Shown here: positions 54,561-64,000 of the stretch, one piece after another
How the letters are laid out: the number at the start of each line of letters is the position of its first letter
Position numbering within the stretch: position 1 is the stretch's first letter
Assembly: GCA_012295275.1 (NCBI GenBank)
Contig: CM022677.1
Location: forward strand, 15,314,001 to 15,378,000
Length of the DNA stretch: 64,000 nucleotides
Direction: 5' to 3'
Source of the DNA: Chrysomallon squamiferum
Lineage: Eukaryota; Animalia; Mollusca
The notes under the pieces: generated by a model
Seen by the model: only the letters and a program-made list of their open reading frames with translations
Databases searched by the model: none
What the model was told of the DNA's origin: nothing
Program-made: the position numbers and the translations under genes

Positions 54561-55912
54561 CCCCACTCCTTATCTTAGATATTTCAATTCATAAATTTAC
54601 TTTATGCTAAGAAATATATAAGAACACAAACTCAATTTCACCTGCTCAGATTTTCTTTCTCTTTGTGATGGCAGCAAACTTTATTTAACCAGAAAATAAT
54701 TGTGTCCTCAGTGTCTGATGGAAGTTCACTGGATGTTTTAAAAGTTGTAATTACTCTGAAAGATTTAAAATTGTTTGTTCAAAATGCTGCATGTAAAGAC
54801 TGAGCTCTTATTACATTATATGATAAATTATACAAAACATGCACCCCAAATATCATTCTCCTTCTCCCTCTCTCCAACTGTCCATTCCTTCAGCCTCTCT
54901 CTCTTTCTCTCATACAGTCATACCTTTATTTGTTTATCTATAATTATTCTTGTTCTTTTCAGCTTTCTGTTAATAATCAAAGTATTCTGAAATACTGACA
55001 TTATATATGGATCTTTTAAAGTCTGAAACCATCCATTTTAAATAACAAAATTGTATTTAGTTAGGTAAAAACATCATTCCGTATATACACTAAAACTGAA
55101 TATTTTTGCCATATATTTACCATTTATTTTCCAAAGTATAAAATGAAGAAAATAAACTTTAACAGAGCCAAACAAACTTATTTTAATAAAAGAAGATTTA
55201 ATATTTTTATTAATTAACAAAATAATAATAATAAAGAAATAAGTATAAGTGTATGCATGAGTACAAATTATAAATATAAATATAAATAAAGAAATGAAAC
55301 AACAGAATACCTGATGGCCGGGACAGCACATTCTACTGAAACAATTTCACTAGCCAACATTAGCACATCAATTAGAGCTGTATGTGCATAGTTAAAAAAA
55401 ATAAAAATAAAAAAATAAATAAACAGTTATAACAAACAGCTAAAACTTCTTTATTATTAAGATTTAAATTGTATTGGTATCAGTTACTGGACTGTTCACA
55501 CAAGATGGGCTGTGGGATATTTTCAATGTACATTGTTATTAATAAATAATTTTTCTGAGCAATGCCTAATCATTACACTGATAATAATAAAGTAATTAAC
55601 AAAACAACAGTAAATAAGTGATTATTATTACGATATTTTATAATCAATAAATTATAAAGAGTGACTACAAAACTTATTTTACTCTCTAAGTCACAATAAT
55701 AAAATAAAACACTCACAACTCAGAATGGTGCAGTCTGCATAAGAATGGTTTCTGTAACAGGTGATTCACCCTTCTCCATGATGTAAATTCCCTTTTTTGA
55801 CAGACCTGAATAATAATCATTTTTTGTCACGTGATATTTGTCAATAAATGTATTTTTCTCTGCTTATTATCATTTGTAAATGTTATAATACATTTATTTA
55901 CATATGAAATTG

Positions 55913-55913
<1 letters not shown>

Positions 55914-55976
<63 letters not shown>
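55914..55976. repeat. (CA)n microsatellite
   Basis: Direct reading. Confidence 0.95.
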
Positions 55977-55978
<2 letters not shown>

Positions 55979-56159
55979 ACAATACGATTATAGTTTATAC
56001 GGTGAATACCTCTGTTTCTTTTACACATACAGTGATACACATTATATCATGTTTACCTCGTTCCATGGCTGAAAAGGTGCGCTTATCTCCGTATCCGATT
56101 CACGCTTGGATTCGCACAAACGTAAAACATCGGAATCCATTTGGATTTTCGTGAAATAT

Positions 56160-56735
56160 TTCCAAAATACTATTAAATTGAATAATCAACATGTAAAACG
56201 TTACCGAATTAAAAATAAAAATAATCTGGCTGTCAAACATCAGTTCATACTGGTTTGAAAAGCGTAGCATACATCAAACGTATATGTTCGAAAATCATGG
56301 TTTATATGTTTGCTGAAACATGGTTTATAGACTGGTTTTGTTTATTCTTACAAATTTTAATAATTTTTTTGAAAAAGGAAGAAAAAGAAAAAAGAAATGT
56401 TATAAATAAATAAATAAATAAATAAATTATAAAAGAAATTAATACAAAAAAATAAAATAAAGTTAAATTTAAAAAGAAGAAAGCAAAACAAAAAAAAAAA
56501 AAAAAAAAACGGCAAAAAAAAAGCAGTCAATCGGGATAAAAGGATAAAGTCGATCAATTTAAAAAAAAACAAGCAAACCCCAACCCGAAATCACCAAATA
56601 AAAAAAAGCACTCCTCAGGGTTAAAAATTAAGTTTAAATGAAACAGATATATGATTGTATTTTATTTTTTTGCATTTTTTTTTTTATTTATTATTATTAT
56701 TTTTTTTATAATTTTTTCTAAAAGAACGGATTTAT

Positions 56736-56766
<31 letters not shown>

Positions 56767-56770
56767 CCAT
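56160..56770. promoter_or_regulatory. Putative bidirectional promoter between units C and E
   Basis: CpG-retaining patch flanked by divergent donors: minus-strand GAG|GTAAAC at 56056 and plus-strand CAG|GTAAGC at 56896. Confidence 0.4.
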
Positions 56771-57917
56771 GCTCACGATCAGTTTTACGATACTGGGTCA
56801 GCGAGACTCGTGGTTTGTTTATCAAGACTACAGTTAACTGCATGCCTATCCGGTGTAGAAAGTTAGTGTGTATAAACCGATGTTGGCAAATTCAGGTAAG
56901 CCGGTAAGTCCAATTTATCGAACTACTAATATTTCAGATTAATACTGGCTCTTGTGTTATATCTTATAGAAAAAAGGCGACTACCCCATAACCTTTTTAC
57001 CACCCCAGTCGCCGAAACGGAACTTTGGTCGCAATTTATTCTCAGAAATTCTAACTAAATAATTTATAATTTTAATATTTTAGGTAACTTTTAAATACAT
57101 TTTTTATTTGTTTTTGTTTCCAAATGATAAATTTTATAACTTTTTTTTTTTATCTACAATTTATTTATTAGGGTTTATCAATGATAAATGTAATTTATCA
57201 CTTTACAGGATAAACAAGCCTTCTGCTGACCAGAAAAAAGGCCAAGGATGACCACTTGACTATGTGTTCAGTGAAGAACAATCACTTCTCCAGTCCTGGC
57301 AGTTAAGAGAAATTTGTACAGACTCAGATGTGCTCAACATGTTTGTAAACAGATGCTGGGTATAATGGACAAGTAATTCAGTTTACTGCAAGATTTTATA
57401 AATTACTTTAGTGCCACCTGAGAATTTTTAAACATTAATATTATTTTGTTACTATTAATTAGGTATGTTTAAATGAACAATGAGGCAGTGATTTATATCT
57501 GTCATTAATTACTTCTATAATTTTTGTTTGTTTATTTAATTTTTAAAATGATAAAAAAGTCATAATCATTTTTGAACTGATGCTGTTTTAAATGCATTTT
57601 ATATTAATATTAAATTGAGGTAAACAAAAAACTGATTAAAAAAAAAAAGAAGAAAAAAGAAACCAAAAAACGTTTTTAAAATAATAAATTACTTTTGTTT
57701 CAGACTGAGAATGTAGAAGTCAGGGTTTGACATGGGAACAGATTTGTCATAAAGCTGAAGGCAGTTTATGTCACTATGTTTACTACTTAAAAAAAAGTAT
57801 GAGAAAGGTTTGTATTTTTTTCTTTGAACTGTAGCAAAAAGTGCAAGGAGTGACTGTTTTGTCTCTGATGAAAAAGTCTTTGGTTTCACAAACACTGAAT
57901 AAGATTTTTTTTATTTA

Positions 57918-57958
<41 letters not shown>

Positions 57959-58179
57959 TTTATTATTTAGATCTAAATGAGTGTACATCAGATGATGCCA
58001 GTAAATACATTTTTAAATATTTTAACAGACAGGAGGAAAAACATAAATTAAATTTTTGAGACATTTCCATTTACAAAAATGTTATAAAAATCCATTTTTT
58101 ATTCATAATAACATTTTGAAATAAAATTAGAAATATTTAAATTATACTTTTATTATAATTTTATAAATTTTATATGTTA

Positions 58180-58465
58180 AAAAATAAATAGTTTATTTAA
58201 TTTAATTTAAATGTTAAAAATTTAAAATATTTTTTTTTACTTAATAAACAGTTAAATGTAACAAATAATTTATATATTATTTAATAAATAGTTTATGTTA
58301 CAAAATGATTTCTTATATTTCAAAAAATAGTTATGTTACAAATAGTGATTTCTTAAAACTTAATAAATTTATGAAATAGTAATAGTTATGTTACAAATGA
58401 TTTCTTTGTTCTTAATAAATAGTTACATGTTCAAAATGATTGATTATTACTTTATAAATAGTGAA
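58180..58465. repeat. Roughly 40-bp AT-rich minisatellite, about 6 copies
   Basis: Recurring TAATAAATAGTTATGTTACAAAATGATTTCTT. Confidence 0.8.
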
Positions 58466-59908
58466 AAATTACATAGAATTGAGTTAATTAATACCTCAGT
58501 CACCAAATTAACTTTTTCTGCATTAAAATATAATAAATAAATAAATAAATAAATATAATAATAAAAATATCATATATACTTGTTAATAATTTTGTATTAA
58601 AAATTAAGAGAATGTTTATTTAACACAGAAAATCAGTTTTCAGTGACTAAGAAATTAACTTTGTTAAAAACAACAAAAAAGAAACAAAAACAAACCCTGT
58701 TTGGTACCAGCTAACTTTATTTTTGCAGTTTGAGTCACATTAATTTTTAGGAACATTATCAACAAAAATAAATAAAGATAAAAATAAAAATCATGTTTTA
58801 GAACTAATAATTAAACTGTTATTAAACATATTTATTAATTCATTCATTCATTTATGGAAAAGATCTTTTTTTTTAGAGTTGAATGAGTGTTTGGTATCAT
58901 TCTTGTACTAAACTGCAAAAAGCTACATTTGTTCTTGTCACAGTGGTTACAGTGTGGGGAAAATTTGATAAAATTATAAACTATTTTATTTTCATTCGTG
59001 TCAGAATGTGATAAAATTGTAAATTATTTTAGTTGTAAAATGTAATAAAGTTATAAAAATATTTTGTGTTCAGATGTTACAGTGCTGCAGTGAACAGTTC
59101 ATATGAACAGGGCTGCAGGGTGCATGACACAGTGGAGCAGTGTTTGTGTAGAAATGTTTACCTTGAATTCAGACAACAAAACAGGCTCAGGTGAGTCAGT
59201 TCTATCTGGTTCTCAGGTTAAATTGTTCACGTCAATCATTGTTAGTTTATTCATATTTCTAGTTTAACTTTAAGTGTTATCTCTTTGAATCTGAATGGCC
59301 AGCATTTCTACCATTATCTTTATTCAGAAACTTGTAAAATATTTTTTATTATTAATAATGTCATGCTCTCTATATATTCAGTCAATCAGTTTCTAGCTTA
59401 GGTATGCATTAGTAGCTATTCAAATAGTTAAGTTAAAGTTCTCATTTCTGGAATTAAGAAAAAATTCAAAGCAGTTAATACTATTCAGAAACTTGTCAGA
59501 ATTTATGAATAATTTTTATTTTTATTAATAATAGTTATATCCCTTTTCAAACTTGACTAATTTTAGAAATGCTCAAAACCTCTCAGCATCTATGAATTTT
59601 GAGTTTCAGTTAATCCATATATTTCTTATAAATAATATTCAAAAGATATTTGAGTAATTTCAGAAACTTGTCAAAAGTTTAATTGTTATTAATGATTGAG
59701 ATATAATTTTTCTGTTTCTCTCTTCCAGATATAAATGAATGTAATTCAAAAATATTTCTACTCAGAACTGTAACTACTAAGATGGAGGCTACACATGTAC
59801 CACATGGATGGTTATAAATGGGAAACTGACAAAATTAGAGGTATGTATAAATATTAATATATCACACATATGCACATACACACAAACCTCCATATACATA
59901 CATATACA

Positions 59909-60200
59909 GTGAATTGAATTAAATCAAATCAAATATAGTGAAATCAGTGAAATGAAACTAAATGAAATGAATAAAATGCAGTGTGGTGCAGAGATATACA
60001 ATGAAATACAGTAAATGAAATGAAATGAAATAAAATACTATGAAATACAATACAATACAGTGAATGAACTGAATGAACTGAAATGAAATAAAATTAAATG
60101 AACTAATGATAAGATACAATAAAATTAATGAAATAAAATGAAATAAAATACAATGAAATGAATAAAATGATTCACAATGAAATGAAATGCAATACAATGC
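59909..60200. repeat. Degenerate (TGAAA)n pentanucleotide repeat
   Basis: Direct reading. Confidence 0.9.
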
Positions 60201-63200
60201 TAAATTGATTTGATTTTGTCTGCGGAATAAATGGCTTTTTAAAAAAATCATGAAAATAATTTAGTGACAACCCTTCCCATTTGAATTATATCAACCTTCA
60301 TTGTACATGGTAAATTGTAAAATATTGTTTATACAATTGTGAATATTATTTTAATTTTAATAATAATGTTGGGGGTTTTTTTTGTGGGTTTTTTTCAGGA
60401 TCCTTTATTGTAAGCTTGTTTTGACAATGAAAGAAAATGTGAGAAGTGACATTGATTCTAAGTGACTTGTAGTTTATCTCCAGGTTCTTCAAGTTTTCTC
60501 ACCATACTGAACAAACTAAACAGAAGAAACAGCAGAAGATAAAACCACAACAAATATGAAGAACTGAATTCTTGAAGAATATTGAGAATTTCTAGAAAGT
60601 TCCACACCAAAAGTATTATTTTAAAAACAGATACCTGTTGCACTTACTGAAGAATTTATAAATCTGTGAAACTGTGATTTCAGATTCAAAGTGTCATTCA
60701 TGCAAGATACAGTCAGACATAGACCAGTAGACAGAATGTTTGGACCAGACAGTCAAGTGTGTGAAAAAGAAATTATTTTAAAAAATGTCTGATGTAGAAA
60801 TCCTTGATTTACTGTTTTAAAAAACTACAAATTGTATAGCTCAAGGGAGATAACGTTATTATTATTATTTTTATCTTTTATCTTTTTGTTAATCTACTGG
60901 TAATGAAAAATTAAGTTAATAAAACATAAAATGGAAGAAGATCTGTTGTTTGGAAGATATTTTCTTAATGATTAATTTGCAGATTACATTATATGTCAAG
61001 TTGTTCAGTAATTCAAAAACATTTCTAACCATAGTTTTGATATCCTTTTATTTTTTTTTAATTTATTAATAGTTTTATTGGATAAATCAGAAATCTTTTC
61101 TCCTTTATGTTTTATAGCTCAGAACTTTAAAACCTTTTCAAACATTTTAAATAATTTTTAATTTGAAAGTTCAGAAACAACTTGTACCATGTTTTTCTAA
61201 ATTTTTAATTAAGAATTTTGTTGAGGGTTTTCTCAAATTATCTTTTCAGATGCAAAAGGAGTTTTGATGTTGATCTTTTGTTTTTCTTGTTCAAATTAAT
61301 GTTTCAAATTATTTTGTTCTCTGTTTTTCATTACATATTTTTTTCTAGCATTTTCATCAGACTTGAGAAACAGTTTTCTAAGAGTGAGGAATATTTTTAT
61401 TTATATAGTTTTGAAATAATAGAAATAATAGATCTAATTGTGGAAGTAGTGATACAGATAATGTTACACTAGTCATAGATGAAATAACAGAAACAAGGTA
61501 ACAGATGAATAGTAGCAGTTAGTAAACGAATTAATAGTAGTAGTAGTAATAGAAATAGAAATAATAGTAGCAATAGTAATAATAGTAAGAGGTAGTAACA
61601 GTATCATAAGTAATTGACAGAATACTTTAATACTGGTTGTTAATTTTTTTGATGTGTACATATTCAGTGAATACTATAAACACTTTGCATAGAGATATAT
61701 AATGAGGTGTTTCCTGTTGCAGAATATAATGATGAATACATTTCATATTTGTTTTATTTCTGTGTCTGCTTATAAATAGATAGATATAGGTATGATTTAA
61801 CGTGTGTGTGTGTTATAAATAATATAATGATGCTTTAGCATTATAATGGAGTTAGGACATTGCAGTAGATGTCAGTCTTATCTGAGGATCAAATCAAAAT
61901 GAGTTTGAAGAGAGAAAGAGAGAACTAAACATTACGGTCTAAGACATCTTTCAAAATAATTACCTCTCAGATTCAACAACTATAAAACGTCTGAAGGAGG
62001 ATTGGCTAAGGGTAGGTTTACAGTTAGATTTAAGACTTACTAAGATTTATAAAAATATTTTTGTTTTTGTTTTTGTTTTGAAAACGTATCACATTTTCTC
62101 AGTCGTATCAAAAGAATTTTAGAATGTCCAATACAGCAGGAACACATGCATATGTATATATCAGAACCTCAGAGGAGGGGGCATAATCGAACATTTATCA
62201 GGTACAGGAAATAACCACAATAATATGGAGTTAGGTTCAAGCTACCAAAATCTAAAACAAAACGAGCATTTTATGGTAGCAGATATTTAAGGTTGTCTTT
62301 ATTATAAGGTTAAAATCGAATATGTATGAAACCGTTTTCAGTATGTGCATTTCTGTATACTAAGCATAGATAATAAAGTAATAATGTTTATATGTATATA
62401 CTCTTTTTATTATTATTAAGATTGTGAAGTCTATATATATCATAAGAAAATATAAAGCAACTATGAACTAGAAAAAAGTCGTGTGTGTGTGTTAGTAATT
62501 ATAATAAGTAAATAAACTTTCAGAATTAAAATAATTACTATGGCGAGTTTTGGGTAACAAACAAAGAAAGTTTTAAAATGTATCAGTCTAGGCTGGCTTC
62601 TCTTGCTCTTTCAATTCGATGTTTTCATTGACATCTGCAGTAATCTAATAATTTGCGCAATCCGGCGGCTCCTTTTATGAAATGGAGGTCACCGAACCTC
62701 GAAAGTTTGGCCTTATTTTGATAAGCATTTGACAGCGGGTTAGGGTTAGATATTTTTCTCACTTCTTGAGAAATTTTGCAATTTTGTGTGATCTTTGTTA
62801 CGTTTCAGGCGCGCACGCGCAACTTAAAACGAATAGTTTTATAATTATTCTGCTCTTAATCGGCTTCAGTTGACTGATTCCGTTTTTTAAATGAGCTTTC
62901 CCAAAACCGTTATTTTTATTTTATTTTGTATTATTATAAAATATTTTTCTAAATTAATAAATTTAAGCTGTTGGTGTGTTATTTATCTAGTGGATGAGTG
63001 TGGTATTATATCATAACGACAATTATTATTATGAATTACTTCTTTTGTTTGGATTTTTTTGTTTCTTGGTGAAACCCACATTCCTCTGTAGTCAGTATAA
63101 CATTCGATACCCAACACTTCAGTATTCAATTAAACAAGATTTATATCTGATGTCGAAGTTTTTTTCTGCGTCAGTCATGCGGTTTTTTGAATCACGTGGT

Positions 63201-63775
63201 CAGCTGATTGTTGTCGTTCAGCCAGGATAGAAAAATGTTTCTTATCAACATCAGGTGCGTGCTGAGTTAAATTCTGCTGCGTGCGCTTACTGTCGTGTAC
63301 TGAGAGCCGGCACCAGACTGTCTGGCGTCCTAGGCAAGGTTAGATTCGGTCACCCCCAGGAACATATCAGTTTCAAACTTTTAAAACATTTATTTTCAAC
63401 GTCCTATGCGATCTCTAGAGCAAGATTTTTCTGTGACGCACATTTAAATATCATACACAGGCCATTTCTTTCCTTGTGTATATCATTAAAATTAGGTGTA
63501 CCGCTTTCAGTTTGATTCCGCGACAGCGTGAAGAGTTCGAATACTTTTGATTCTACGAAACAAAATTACATTCTCAAAGTTTCACGTGTGCGCGATTTTC
63601 ACTCCTTTATTTTCTTTTGTTTGTTTTGTGTGGGTTTTGTTTTTTGAGTATGTTATTAGTGGTGGTTAATGATATATAACAGAAACCGGAATCCTGTAAG
63701 TTTATTATTCAAATTTAAAAATAAATAAATAAATAATGCTCTGTCTCTCTCTCTCTGACAGTAAAAATTAACTTT

Positions 63776-63785
63776 CACACACACA

Positions 63786-63846
<61 letters not shown>
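63776..63846. repeat. (CA)n microsatellite
   Basis: Direct reading. Confidence 0.95.
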
Positions 63847-63848
<2 letters not shown>

Positions 63849-64000
63849 ATACGTAAGAAAGATTTCTTTCTTTCTTTACTTAGATGAAATTGATCTCCCA
63901 TGTTTTAGAATTAAGATATTTGTAATTTAGTATTTGCATCGACTGAGCTATTGGTAAATATTTAATTTTTATATTGTAATTTGTTATAACAAGCACACAC

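Larger units (their letters stand above)
46120..56160 (-). pseudogene. Unit C: multi-exon decayed gene, partly paralogous to units B and D
   Basis: Minus-strand exons 56057-~56160, 55717-55805, 55311-55335, 54642-54755, 52651-52733, ~50900-52165, 50302-50400, 49529-49654, 47578-47788 and a terminal exon from 46603 with AATAAA at 46144-46139; multiple stops in the exons translated. Confidence 0.6.
56770..60780 (+). pseudogene. Unit E: calcium-binding EGF-repeat (fibrillin/mucin-like) gene remnant
   Basis: Successive phase-1-type exons start with EGF_CA signatures: 57971 (D)LNECTSDD; 58877 (E)LNECL..SYICSCHSGYS; 59074 ..YEQGCRV..EQCLCRN..FTLNSDNKT; 59729 (D)INECNS..QNCNY*DGGYTC..DGYKWETDK; further Cys-patterned exons at 57209 and 57704. 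The exon from 60399 contains LSPGS (possible SEA-like motif, weak). The clearest EGF exons are frameshifted or truncated. Confidence 0.75.

Noticed and set aside
59320-59700. Three spaced copies of TTCAGAAACTTGT as a regulatory array
   Set aside because: Looks like a highly decayed intronic tandem repeat of about 165 bp with no other support.
62737-62749. Interstitial telomeric repeat GGGTTAGGGTTAG
   Set aside because: Only two units; common by chance or inside small transposons.

Overview
Very AT-rich, microsatellite-dense animal (invertebrate-like, species not determinable) genomic DNA with no intact host protein-coding gene that I can support. Best-supported features: (1) a full-length I-group non-LTR retrotransposon (33058-39634) with an 11-bp target-site duplication, an intact zinc-knuckle ORF1, an endonuclease-RT-RNase H ORF2 broken by one stop and one frameshift, and a strongly base-paired 3' end; (2) a decayed Tigger/pogo (Jerky/TIGD-like) transposon; (3) an L1/Tx1-type endonuclease fragment; (4) a prolyl 4-hydroxylase alpha pseudogene fragment and a Ca-binding EGF-repeat pseudogene. 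The rest consists of at least five multi-exon, gene-like units (A-E) whose GT-AG splice signals mostly survive while their reading frames have decayed. These units share exons in direct and inverted orientation inside a large inverted duplication (about 10.7-14.3 kb vs 42.0-44.9 kb). A 3.5-kb array of roughly 60 hairpin-forming 37-bp repeats separated by variable (CA)-rich spacers resembles CRISPR architecture but is not a CRISPR. All alignments, translations outside the ORF track and foldings were done by eye; functional interpretations such as a piRNA cluster or lncRNA locus are hypotheses.
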